Source: Mytilus californianus (taxonomy: Eukaryota). Taken from it: a stretch of 64,000 bases of DNA. The translations under genes were made by a program, and so were the position numbers. The first letter of the stretch is position 1. Each line of letters begins with the position of its first letter. The DNA lies in NCBI RefSeq assembly GCF_021869535.1, contig NW_026262604.1, forward strand, positions 3,224,001-3,288,000, written 5' to 3'. Shown here piece after piece: positions 1 through 11,255 of this stretch. Below the pieces are notes generated by a model. It did not search any database. It had not been told where the DNA came from and was given only the letters and a program-made list of their open reading frames with translations.

Positions 1-349
1 ATTACTGGTAAAATATTAAGCCAGGGATTTCGTTACCACAAATTACTTAAAACCTTTACTAATCCATAAATAGAAATATTTGGTTTTAAAGTTTGGTTGT
101 ACCTGTAGAAAACTTATTTCAAACGGGATAGCACATCCTCATTTTTACGGGAATGTTGTTTACCGTGCCCGAAAATTTAGAAACGATCCTGGTAAACTTA
201 TCAATACTTTAAATAAACTTATTCTAAAAGGTTACCAATTCAACACTGTAATTGGATCCTTGAATATTGTTTTAATTGGTATTAATATTGATTTTGTTAT
301 CAGTAAATTAAAATCAAACTATATATTATTGTTATATACACAAGTCTAA
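1..349 (+). mobile_element. Degenerate C-terminal remnant of a reverse-transcriptase (Penelope-like/non-LTR) ORF
   Basis: Frame 1 reads ITGKILSQGFRYHKLLKTFT, then after a frameshift CTCRKLISNGIAHPHFYGNVVYRARKF. This resembles the KLLxQGYRYHKLxKTFxKF C-terminal region of invertebrate RT elements (pattern recognition, no search run). Truncated by the window edge. Confidence 0.6.
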
Positions 350-734
350 ATTGAAAACAACGTTCTATCCTATGATTGCGTTGGATAAAAACCGCAATTT
401 TTGTACGTGTGCATGCAAAACAAATTTCTTGGTAGAGGGGTCTAAATACAGCACAAACAACATTTTCCAAAAGACCAAATGAGTGAAAAAGTATATTTTA
501 ACAAAATGCATTTGACTAGCAGGTCGAACAACTGATGTTCTTAAACCCTGCTGACTGCCATTGGCGATTGCCAAATAAACGGATCACCGATGTAATAAAT
601 GGATCTCAATTATAAATTTAATACTAAACAGAAAACAATAAACTTTCGGAAAAGATGGTATACCGCAAACAAAAGGTGCAAAGGTTTTTGTTATTGTTAT
701 ATACATATACACATTCATGGATCTACAATCTGTC

Positions 735-1105
735 GATTGCACAAGGTCATGTTTTTCTCTGACTGTTTATGACGTCTTTACACTTAATCCATTGGATATT
801 GGATGTGTACTGATTGATAATTTAGTCTTGGATGCATGATTTTTTTATTAGTTGTTAGTGGCTTTGAACTAGCTGTCAGTTACTCCGAGTACTCTCAGAT
901 CTGTACTTAGTTTACTTTTGTTCTTGGGATATACAAGTACCCGGCCAAGTCCACTCTGTGTAGTAATTGTATTTGTGTCCATCTGATGAGTTAAGCCTTT
1001 TTCAACTGATTTTTATAGTTCGTTCTTATGTTGTACTGTTACACCACACCAGGTTAGGGGGAGGGTTGGGATCCCACTAACATGTTTAACCCCGCCACAT
1101 TCTGT
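735..1105 (+). repeat. Abundant dispersed repeat (family A/A'), copy 1
   Basis: The segment GCACAAGGTCATGTTTT...CTGATGAGTTAAGCC...AACATGTTTAACCCCGCC recurs at about 21835-22215 and in part at about 15590-15720. Confidence 0.8.
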
Positions 1106-1435
1106 ATGTATATGAGACAATATCTGAAAAAATCTAAGATTTGGCAATAGGAAAAACCAAAAACAAATGTCTTTAGAACTGGTATTTTAATAGCACAAAT
1201 CGAAGAACACACATTAAGGATCTAGGAACTGTTGTCTGTAATTTAAACAATTGTTAAATGTGGTAGCAATGGCAATTTTAAAAATGGTACAAAAAGGCTG
1301 TAACAGGAGAGAACAACAAAATAATTTTTCTCTAAATTCTGATCTTTGGGGAGTTCGGATTTTTCAAACTGGCTGCCATTTACCTATACATATGGAGTCA
1401 TACATTCAGGAAATGATGCTCTTCTCATTGCATTA

Positions 1436-1755
1436 GGGAACTACCATTTGATTTTTATGGGGGGGGGGGGGGGGGGGGGGGGGCTAGGATGAAATTTGAA
1501 AAAAAATAGGCAGGACAGGAGTTTTGAGTAAAAAAAAAGGCAGGATGAGCAACTTGGTAAAAAAAAAAAAGGCAGGATGACAATTTGTGTAAAAAAAATC
1601 AGGATAAACTAGTAAAAAAAAAGGCAGGACCGAATAGAGTAAAAAATAAAAAGGCAGGACAGAGATTACAACTAAAAAAAAGCAGGACAAAATTTTTCAT
1701 CCTAGCCCCCCCCCCCCCCCCCCCCCCCCCCAATAAAAATCAAATGGTAGCGCCC
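1436..1755. mobile_element. PIF/Harbinger-type MITE
   Basis: TIRs GGGAACTACCATTTGATTTTTATGGGG / CCCCAATAAAAATCAAATGGTAGCGCCC; TTA on both flanks (1433-1435, 1756-1758); internal AAAAAGGCAGGA repeats and poly-G/poly-C tracts. Other copies at 26780, 41972 and 44621. Confidence 0.85.
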
Positions 1756-2221
1756 TTACAAGAAATAAAATCTTGGTCTTTCAAACGTTTCCACAGGTGA
1801 AAAAACCCAGTGGTAACAGGAGGGAAATTACCCCTTGGGACAAAATTTAAAAGACCCTTAAAAATGCAAAATTTTGTCACATGCTTTAGTTATAACAAAA
1901 TCAGAACATTAAGGGACACGTTTGCTATATAATCTATCATATTTGTGAAAATCAGAAGCCTGTTTACTTAATTTAGATATTCTTTGAATGATTTAGTTGT
2001 CAGAAAACAACACCGGACAACATGATTTTTTTGGGGGTGAACATTTAAATTATAATATTTCATTAGAAGAAATATAAGAAAGAGTGTTTAATTGGCAATA
2101 GTTGGTGCATAATATACTCTAGTTAATACTGAAACTTAAAATTTTCCAAAAAGATGCCTGAATAAAAATATAATTGCTGGTGAAAGATGGAACATGGAAA
2201 TTAGACTTTTTCAGATATTGT

Positions 2222-2510
2222 ATCACGTGCCTGTCCCAAGTCAGGAGATTGTAATTTAGTAGTTGTCGTTTGTTTATGTGCGACATATTTGTTTTTCGTT
2301 CATTTTTTTTGTACATAAATTAGGCCGTTAGTTTTCTCGTTTAAATTGTTTTACATTGTCATTTCGGGGCCTTTTATAGTTGACTATGCGGTATGGGCTT
2401 TGCTCATTGTTGAAGGCCGTATGGTGACCTATAGTTGTTAATTTCTGTGTTATTTGGTCTCTTGTGGAGAGTTTTCTCATTGGCAATCATACCACATCTT
2501 CTTTTTTATA
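2222..2510 (+). repeat. Abundant dispersed repeat family A (ends ...CTCATTGGCAATCATACCACATCT)
   Basis: Near-identical blocks (GCCTGTCCCAAGTCAGGA, GTTGAAGGCCGTA, CTCATTGGCAATCATACC) also at about 9400-9600, 15720-16010, 22230-22515, 33030-33295, 52900-53225 and 62450-62800, plus shorter fragments. Confidence 0.85.
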
Positions 2511-2731
2511 ATCCCCTATTTTTTTTAATGTCCCTCTGGTATCTTTCGCCCCTCTTTTAAACACGCAAAACATAAATATCTTTATACCAAGATTTTTTCT
2601 CATTCTATATAAAATAACTCATTCCGGACACATTTTAAACAACTTATTGCAAATAAAAGTGCATTGATGTAAATGAAAAGAAATTTTAGGGGATGTTCAA
2701 ACAAGGAAAAAGAAAACTGTAATGATCATAC

Positions 2732-2872
2732 CTGCAATCGCGCTTGTTATAATTGGCACAAGTAACATAGATGGCGCTCTGTCTCTGTTGTAGACTAACG
2801 TTAGTATCAGCGATAGTATACATAGTACAACTCCAATGATAACCTCGATCTGATATTCTAATAAATCCCAGG
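2732..2872 (-). CDS. Claudin/PMP22-like membrane protein, coding exon 2
   Basis: Acceptor TTTTTCTCTTTCAG| at 2873, donor GCAG|GTATGA at 2731; 141 nt, phase 1-1, matching the phase-1 end of exon 1. Encodes (A)WDLLEYQIEVIIGVVLCILSLILTLVYNRDRAPSMLLVPIITSAIA (one full TM plus the start of another). Confidence 0.75.
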
Positions 2873-2984
2873 CTGAAAGAGAAAAATATACCATTCATAT
2901 TCCTATACGTCCGCTTCCGGTTATGATTATTCTATTAAATCTTAGGCTGATAGAACAAAATAGACCATTCATATTATATAAGTA

Positions 2985-3425
2985 AATAAACGGGAAATGT
3001 GTACATAGTCAGAGGACACAGATGATGCCCCGCTTGCATATAACGCTGTAAAGGGACATAAATCAAAAACAGTAAAAGTGAAGCTACCCAAATTCGTACT
3101 TGTTCTGAGTTTTTTTGTAATAAACAGTGTGTATAAGTTCCATAACATTTGATTAAGGCAAACTTAAATGAGAGAATGGAAACGAAAATGTCGACCTATT
3201 TTTATTTGTAAAGAAGCATTACTCTAGAACGGTAAACGTGACACCACCATAATTCAAACTTGATCGTGGTAATAAGCATTGTGTATAAGGCTGGTGTGTA
3301 TAAGTTCATTACCATTTGATTGAGGCAAACTATTATAGTTAGAGAACGGAAACCAATTTTGGGAAACGCGGACGGACGGACGCGGAAATACAGATGGACA
3401 AGGGTAAAACTGTGTGTCTCATCCG
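2985..3425 (+). mobile_element. Helentron-associated/pearl-like non-autonomous element
   Basis: Two internal tandem core repeats (TGTGTATAAGTTC...CATTTGATT.AGGCAAAC) followed by a (GGAC)n microsatellite and a GC-rich 3' end. A similar tail occurs at about 17950-18060. Confidence 0.55.
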
Positions 3426-4047
3426 CTAAGCCATTGACATAAATAAAGCACTATATTTTTGGTATGATTACTTGTTCTTTTATTTTCTATGTCATCCTCT
3501 ATCCAATATTTTTTTTCAATAATAGCGTAACAGTACCTACATAAAACCACCAGGTTGTGTGTGTTTAGCCTATACTGGAATCGATTCAAACATTCCTCGG
3601 GATTTTTTCGTCTTTTCAAAACTTCATTTTTGTTATTCCGTGAATTATTAATTGATAATTTGCAACGTTCAGCGGAAAATATTTCAAGCATTTTCAGTGC
3701 GAGTAAACTTAATTAATCAAACATTGAATACATTAGGTATGTTCTGAAAAGAATGCTAAGAGTTCAGATATAACCGCAATAAATAAGACATACGATATAA
3801 AAATGATGATTATGTAATATGATTGCCAATGAGACAACTATCCACCAGAGTTAAAATGAAGTAGTAGTGAGCAATTGTAGGTCATCATATGGCCTTCAAC
3901 AATGAGAAAATCAATACATAAAAAATGTGGCGGGGTTATAGATAGAAAGATGATCCTGAGTATGAATGAAATATTTGCCACTGGTAGATTATATATGCTT
4001 CCCGTCTATACTTATTTTGGGGGAAAGAATGAAGGGGCATCATATAT

Positions 4048-4291
4048 TTATTTATTTATTTTTTGGAGTTTTAACGCCACTTTTAAGCACCGCTTTTGTG
4101 CTATTTGGTGGAGGAAGCCGGAGTGCCCGGAGAAAACCACCGACGTTCGATAGGAAAACTTACAATCCTGGTCAATTAAGATTGGAGTCGAGTGCACCCG
4201 CACGAGCGGGGTTCGAACTCACAACCTCAGTGTTGACTGGCTAGTGATTACAGTAGTAACTACTGTAAACCACTCGGCCACCGAGGCCCCT
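4048..4291 (-). mobile_element. tRNA-derived SINE (Meta/V-domain-like core) with target-site duplication
   Basis: On the - strand: A box TGGCCGAGTGG, B box GTTCGAACC, core GGTTTTCTCCGGGCACTCCGGCTTCCTCCACC, (TAAA)n tail. Flanked by a 15-bp direct repeat with 13/15 identity (4033-4047, 4292-4306). Confidence 0.85.
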
Positions 4292-5749
4292 AGAGGCATC
4301 GTATATAATCTATTGTTATTGTTATGTATCGTATGGATAAGGGCAAGAACAAACTTAAGGTGTAGAATAAACGGCAAAAAAATATATAGAACAGAGAAAA
4401 TAGACTAAAACATAAAGTAGAGAGAATAAATATGATGTTAAAATATAAACAAAATTGAAAAAGGGATCACAATAAATAAAGAAAAGAGAAAGATGGTCTA
4501 AAAAGTTAAAGAATAAAGAATTGAAGAGTCCCCTATCCAGACCCTCAGTTAATGTCTAGCACAATACATGTATATATGGATTCTTTGGGAGTCTTGCATT
4601 ACGTTATTAATTGAGCCAACCCAGCCACTCTATTCTTTCTATGAAATAGTTGTATAACTCGGATAAATTAAAAGAAAAAGTATGAAAAAATGTCATTTTT
4701 ACAACTAATATTTGTTTATCCCATATCTCAGTAAATGAGGCCAAAAATAAAATTTACATTGTTTAATGTTGACTACTTACCTACCTAAAAAGCAGCCTAT
4801 CTAAAATATTTTATGATTTGAATTTTTAGTTTAAGATATTTTTCTTGCTCTTACGTCGTTTTCTTGTCTAAAACATGTAAATTATGTTGTTGGCCAAAAA
4901 AAAACCCTACCTACCTAACCAACTCTACAAGGCATGTGTAGGCTTCATCAAACAAAGATTTTTTTAAAGATGGCCTGATATAGAAAAATACGCGATACCT
5001 TATAAAAAAAACAGAGCAAAATATGGTGAATTAACCAAATATTAAACTATTCCTTTTGGAAAAGAGAGATATGTCTTAATTAAAAAAATATTCTGAAAAT
5101 GTGTGAAATACTTGCCACTGGACTTACATCAAACAACACTCAATCTATCTTTATCAAAAACGTGTTGTTATCAAACGTATAGCGGAATACAGCTGAATAC
5201 TTCTCTTCCAACCGAAGTAGGTCTGGATGGAGTTAACAGCATAGAGAATAATGAAAAAATAGAGAAAAATGTGCTGAATTATAAAGATTAGAGAATATGT
5301 GCAAAGTATATAGAGCTATGGAAAATAAAAGATTTAGATAATAAAATAATTATCACAGAAAGGAATTATTTAACAGAATAATCCTTCCATTTAAAGATAA
5401 AGAATAAACGCCATTAACAAAATTATTGAATACACATAATTATCTGTCAGATCGTCCCCGTGTCCCTTAAGGTAGTAAATTAAAGCAACTTGGACTATTC
5501 CTTTTATATGAGTCGAATGAGCTATGTAGATCGGCAACAATCATGCCCATATAATATATATATATATGCACTCTGACATAAGTTACGACAATCTTACCAT
5601 GTGTTCGCTACTCTCCCATCTCAGTGGACATAAGAAACGACAACGTAGGAAGGAATTCAAAGGACACAGTATTAATTTATCGTATCCCACCTTACCAAAG
5701 AAATCCCTCCAACAAAACAGTTTCCATATTACATATTTAACTAACTAGA

Positions 5750-6040
5750 AAATATATCCTTCCGACAGAGCAGTACCCCAACATATCTAACCTTACCCAG
5801 GAAAGATACCACTTCGACAGAGCAGTATCCCAAACTACATAACTTACCCAGGAAATATGCCCCACCGACAGAGCAGTACCCCAAAGTATATAAACATGAT
5901 AAACTTCCTCAGGAAAGATGCCCCTAGGCCCTACGTCAGACCAGTATTTAAACCACATAAAATACCCAGGAAAGGTACCTCTCCGACAGAACAGTGCCCC
6001 AACATACCTAGCTTATCCATATAAGATATCCCTCCAACAT
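5750..6040 (-). repeat. Imperfect ~50-55 bp tandem repeat overlapping the exon 1 / intron 1 junction of the claudin-like gene
   Basis: Repeated + strand block CCGACAGAGCAGTACCCCAA...ACTTACCCAGGAAA at about 5762, 5815, 5865 and 5983, with a more degenerate unit near 5910. Confidence 0.8.
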
Positions 6041-6257
6041 CACGGATAGAGTCGTATCCTAAGGACATGGAGAAGTCCTTTCCAATGATAAGTAGGTAAA
6101 AAAATCCCATATGTAAAGTGACTGCATCTGAAGTATCGTGATCACTCAAGTCGGTGAAACTCGATGAATCGATCACCATCCATCCCGGTGAAAATGCTCC
6201 AGCTACTAGAAGCAACAGAGCTATTACTCCGAACACAACAGGGCAAAGTTTCTCCAT
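6008..6257 (-). CDS. Claudin/PMP22-like membrane protein, coding exon 1
   Basis: ACAAAATGG start context with a 5'UTR acceptor (TTTTAATCAG|) at 6304. N-terminal TM followed by SPGW (MEKLCPVVFGVIALLLLVAGAFSPGW) and HMGFFY, reminiscent of the claudin W-GLW signature. Donor CTAG|GTATGT at 6007, phase 1. Confidence 0.75.
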
Positions 6258-8369
6258 TTTGTGTTAGTATATAAATCCGTATGTAATAACAAGTTGTTGT
6301 ATACTGATTAAAATTAATAACACATCACTCGTAAACTTATTTTTGATTCTACATGGGATTGCATTTTATTTAAGCCTTTTAATGAATCAGATGTTTATTG
6401 CACAGTGAATGCATGTCTTAGTATGTTCAAGAGAATGATTAACCGTTTCACAGAAGTGCTTATTAAAGCAGATATATAAATGGTGTGAGACAACGTACAG
6501 TGCTTATCATTGCTACTAATCATGTGTATTTCTATGGCAATAACATTCACGTGCTAAAAATAGGAATGTACAGCAGTTCAAGGTTTGGAAGCGACCATTT
6601 GATTCGAAGGGGTGTGTAGAAAATTTGGTCTGATCAGAATATTTAGTTATATATGTATGCCAGACGTAGTGTTTGCTTTAAATTTGTTGCTAAATGTGTA
6701 GTGCGTTTAAACTTTTTTTGCGGTCATAATAACTATTTTGCTTATATGGGTTCCAGAATTTTTTTCGAATATTCCGAATAACTGCAAGGTCCCGACAACA
6801 TTATAATCAAATGACTCCCCCCCCCCTTTTCTCTTGTAAAAAAATCAATCTTCATATGTACGTTACAGGAAATCTATTCATGTGAGCATATGGGAATAAT
6901 ATTTGTGGATTGCTTTTCATAGCCATGACTTGGTACAGCTAGGTAAAACTTTCAAATGAAAAAAGGGAATAGAAGCAGATCTAACACTGCTCAATATTTC
7001 AGTTTAGTATGACTGCCATTATGGGGTATGGATAGTGGTTCTTAATATCTGAATTCTTCAAATTTTTAAGGCATTTTTCTTTATTTTTAAAAAATAACGC
7101 CTATTATGTAAAATTTTCCAGAAAATGATTTTACAATTAAAATGTTCTGTAACAAGATTATTTCTTTATTCTGTAAATCGTTCATTTCTGTAATCAGTAA
7201 ATTTTATTACCTTATTCTTAACAATCAGTTATTCTTTATACTATTGCACCCCCCCCCCCCCCCCCCCCCTTTTCTCTATTCTTTATATTTAAAGTGCTCA
7301 TTTTTCTCTATTAATTATTTTAATTGGCCATTGTTCTCCTTTCTATAAACTATATCCAGTCCCTCTCATACTAGGTAAGCGTGTTCTGCAAAACTTGGCT
7401 TCGTATTCATTATACATACCTCACAACCATACATGGACACAATGCGGCCCGGGGACAATTATAAATCAATCAATCGCGGGAGCATAACGATTTTAAATTC
7501 ATTTGATGTTCCATAAGATTTTCGTTATATTTACATTAAACATTGTTAAAGGGGGAAGTCTTTTTCAACCTCACGTTTATAATTATCAAACTAAAATTAT
7601 AAATATCATTAAATATGTATGGAGAATAATGCATGGTAAAATTCGTATCATATGCTGTATCAACCCGAGTAACCAATATCAGCCATAGAAAAGATTGAGC
7701 CAAGACTAGAAAAATTGGACAAAAAAATCCAGAATACAAAAAATAACAGACAAACAAATTAAGAATAGAAAGTAATGAAGTGCTAAAATATAAAGAATAG
7801 AGAATAATTAGCAAAATAGATAACGAATAAAGAAACACCTAAAAATGAAAAAAAAGTGAAGAACACTTTCGAGACACTGTGTTATAGTTAGAAAACACAA
7901 CCTTTTCATGACGAATTTCTTCTACTTCTTTTTGTAATGAACTGTTTGGCATCGTATCTTCGTACTTACTGTTTAAAAACAACTATCAACGACATTAGAC
8001 TATTTGAGTTACCTCGCTTTTATCGAGCAATTCATGTCAAATAAAATTGTATCAGCTGAATTACGTATTCACCGAGTATGAGAATATTACTGTATGATTC
8101 ATACTTTTCCAAAAGGTGTAATATCATGGTAATTTCAAAAATATTATGAAAGAACGGTTATATATAAAGAGCTAATTTTTTTCAAGCTGTTTGTTGCAAT
8201 TAAAATCATTATTTTGTGTGTGAGAAAAAAGAAAACTAAATGATAGAAATTAAATATTCATAAAAGGACAACTCTTGAAGTTCATGGTCTACATAACAAA
8301 GTCACCACTTGTAGTTGTACTTTAAGCCAATCGTTTCGACTGTTTGTATGTAACGTGTGATTGATCGTG

Positions 8370-8730
8370 TATTGCTTGTCAACGTCCAGTGGAAAATACT
8401 TCATGCATATTTAGGACGAGAACAAATTAACAATTCATACGATAGGTATGTTCTTCAGGGTAGGTCGGCAGGGATGAAGGACAAGAAATTATGAATTCCA
8501 CTGACAAATGGGGTAAATTTGATAGGGGCACACATTTTGGTTTGCAACCGGCTACCTTCGGACCCCTCAAAGAGATGTTGGAATGGTTCTTTAACATGAA
8601 GAAACCGCTACACTCTCACTTAACGAGACCTTGGATGTATCGTCCAGATTCCGCCTCGATGTTGTTCAGTATGTACACATCCCTCACAGCCAAACGGACG
8701 CCCCACTTTTGCAAGAGCAGGAAAAGTTCA
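8370..8730 (-). repeat. Dispersed GC-richer repeat (probable SINE), homologous to 34060-34400
   Basis: Shared blocks CACAGCCAAACGGACGCCC, CCCTCAAAGAG and CATGCATATTTAGGACGA occur in opposite orientation at about 34060-34400. Confidence 0.65.
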
Positions 8731-9077
8731 GAAATGACCATATTGCTATGCCATTCAACCCTTTAGATGCCCAATCTATACTATAAGGAAATGCATGGAA
8801 ATAAAAGAAACATATTGTTGGTTTCAGTACGCACTACATCCCTTATATCGGAAAACCAAAACAATGTAAACGACAGGCTAAGAGTACAAACTGGTTACAT
8901 TGATCTTCAATGGTATCGTTAAACGCGGAGTAAAACTATTCTATAACCTTGTCTACTTTTGTACCGTAGTTAAAATCATTAGAGTATTTTTAATATTAAG
9001 ATATTTTGTTTACGTTTCATTGTCCAATTTGGATGTTAAATGTCATGGGTCATAGGCCGTATATAATTAGCACATCG

Positions 9078-9187
9078 TGGTATTGTTCGACTGATTGTAT
9101 CTCATCTGAATGGTATTGTTCATCTGATTGTATCATCTAAATTTAGTATTGTTCATCTGATTGTATCATCTAAAGTTAGTATTGTTT
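9078..9187. repeat. 33-bp minisatellite, about 3.3 copies
   Basis: GTATTGTT anchors at 9080, 9113, 9146 and 9179. Confidence 0.8.
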
Positions 9188-9747
9188 TACTAACGTCTTA
9201 TTTGTGTGAAGGTTTTGTTATTGAGGCATACAATATGTTCTTCTCTTGTTTAGGTTGCTAAGGTAGAATATTCAGCATTTTACACATCTGGATATTATAT
9301 GTAATTATTGTGAATTAAAAACACCTGGTTTAAATTCGATAAAAGGTAAAAATTAATGGTTTTAAATAATTGGCTTTTCATAAATTGTTTTGATATAAAT
9401 TAGGCCCTTAGTTTTACTCGTTTGAATTGTTTCACATTTTTCTTAAAAGGGCCTTTTATATCCGACTATACGTTATGGGTTTTTCTCATTGCTGAAGTCC
9501 TTACGGTTGTCTATAATTGCTTTAAATCCACTTCATCTGAACTTGGGTGGATAGTTGCCTCATTGGCAATCATACCACATCTCTTTATTTTTATATTGAT
9601 ATAAATATTACGTTATTTGAATTAAATATTTTCCTTGCTGTACTATTCCGATATTTTGCTTGCAGTACTATTCCAATTTTTTGCTTGCAGCCAGTGAACA
9701 AATGTTAAGTCACATCTTACGTATCTCTTTGGTTTTTTTTTAATAAT

Positions 9748-9810
9748 TTGATTGATTGATTGATTAATTGTATGATCGATCGATTGATTGATTGATTGAT
9801 TGATTGATTG
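9748..9810. repeat. (GATT)n microsatellite
   Basis: Direct reading of the sequence. Confidence 0.9.
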
Positions 9811-10052
9811 CTTATAATACAGAACAATATTTCATACGAAAAATGTGCGCACTGTCTACATGTACCTTTCAATCCAACTAAAACTACAGAACAAAAGAAG
9901 TAATTTTTATTTTAATTTACGTGTTAATATTTATGGACGTTGCGTTTTACTGTGACATAAAACATGACTTTGAAATACCGCTTGATTGTTGTTTACCAAT
10001 CAAAATTATTTTGTTCTTGTGAAATATCGTTAAAATATATAATTACATATAG

Positions 10053-10761
10053 GTACGTCTAAACAAGTGACAACTACTCTACGACAGATCCATCCATTTG
10101 ATCACCAGTGAAGGTGATACACGGCTGAAAACACATATTATATTCATAATTACTCTAAATATCAGCACAACAATGTTTAAATCTGCAAATTTGCGGAAGC
10201 AAATCTTTGTTCTTCCCTCGCCGGGATTCGAACTCATGCTAATGGTGATATCGTGACAACACATCTTGCACTATGTCCAGTGCCCTTTTTTTTTTCTCTT
10301 GATAAAATTTTATTATTACTCTAAATATCAGCACAACAATGTTGAATCTGCAAATTTGCACCTTCACTGGTAATCCAATGGATGGGTCAATCGTAGAGTT
10401 GTCACTTGTTTAGACGTACTTATCAAATAATTATTTCTGTGACTGCATCTTACGATCCTTTACGACAGATAATTTAGCTAATCTGCAATCAATTCCATCT
10501 TCATGCCTAATATATCATGTACTGTGTTACAACTCTAGATTCTACTGACGAGGAAAGGTAACACTAGGCCACCGAAAGCTGAATTTTAGTTCAGTTTAGG
10601 TAGCCGAATAGTCTAGAGCGCTGGACACAGTGCAGGCGGTGTTGTCACGATATCCCAATAGCGTGAGTTTAAATCCCGTCGAGGGAAGAACAAACAAAAA
10701 TTTGCTTCCGCAAATTTGCAGATTTAACATTGTTGTGCTGATATTTAGAGTAATTATGAAT
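10053..10761. mobile_element. Cluster of tRNA-derived SINE copies in inverted orientation
   Basis: 10142-10283 is the reverse complement of 10618-10761, and 10053-10116 of 10359-10420. The + copy has an A-box-like TAGCCGAATAGT and a B-box-like GTTTAAATCC; the - copy has GTTCGAATCC. Confidence 0.7.
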
Positions 10762-11031
10762 TAAATATATATATATATTTCTCTAATTCTATGGAAATTT
10801 ATCCCTTTCCGAACCCATTGTATAAAAATATTTAATCAACGTGTGGTTGCCAGTGATCTCAGAAGATGATTGGATGAGTTTAAGGGTCATAACCTTTCTC
10901 AGCTCACTGGATGTATCAAAATATGCTAACAGGTGTTAATGAAATTGACAACTTTATGGAAAGTGGAAGGCACTCGAAGGGGATTTTAGTTTAGCAAAAA
11001 AGGAAATTTATTTTTTAATCATTAGAGAAAC

Positions 11032-11191
11032 AGATTCTTACATAGTTACTCGTGGATTATCGGATTTATCCAATCTCGATAGTTAAATTATAAATTTTAA
11101 AGTCCTCGCCGAGGCTCGGACTTTAAAATTGATAATTTAACTATCTCGATTGGATAAATCCGATAATCCACTAGTATCAATGTAAGAATCT
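11032..11191. mobile_element. 160-bp near-perfect palindrome (foldback MITE)
   Basis: AGATTCTTACAT...GTGGATTATCGGATTTATCCAATC...TTTTAAAGTCC / GGACTTTAAAA...GATTGGATAAATCCGATAATCCAC...ATGTAAGAATCT. Confidence 0.85.
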
Positions 11192-11255
11192 ATATATATA
11201 TATTTTAATTAGTTTAAACGATAATGGAATGGTAATGTATATATTTCAGATAGTA

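Noticed and set aside
980-1015. Hammerhead ribozyme (CTGATGAG core; also 15597, 22104 and reverse at 20530)
   Set aside because: The required GAAA after stem II is absent (AACTGATT follows instead), so no canonical core can be drawn.
1484-1800. Lys-rich and poly-Pro ORFs (also 7142, 23320, 30084, 53302)
   Set aside because: Translations of MITE A-runs and poly-C/G tracts, not genes.
1822-1834. kB-like site GGGAAATTACCCC
   Set aside because: A single short motif, not near any start site I could define; not distinguishable from chance.
2119-2176. Candidate third exon of the claudin-like gene (good acceptor at 2177)
   Set aside because: The phase-1 frame stops after 13 codons and gives no fourth TM.
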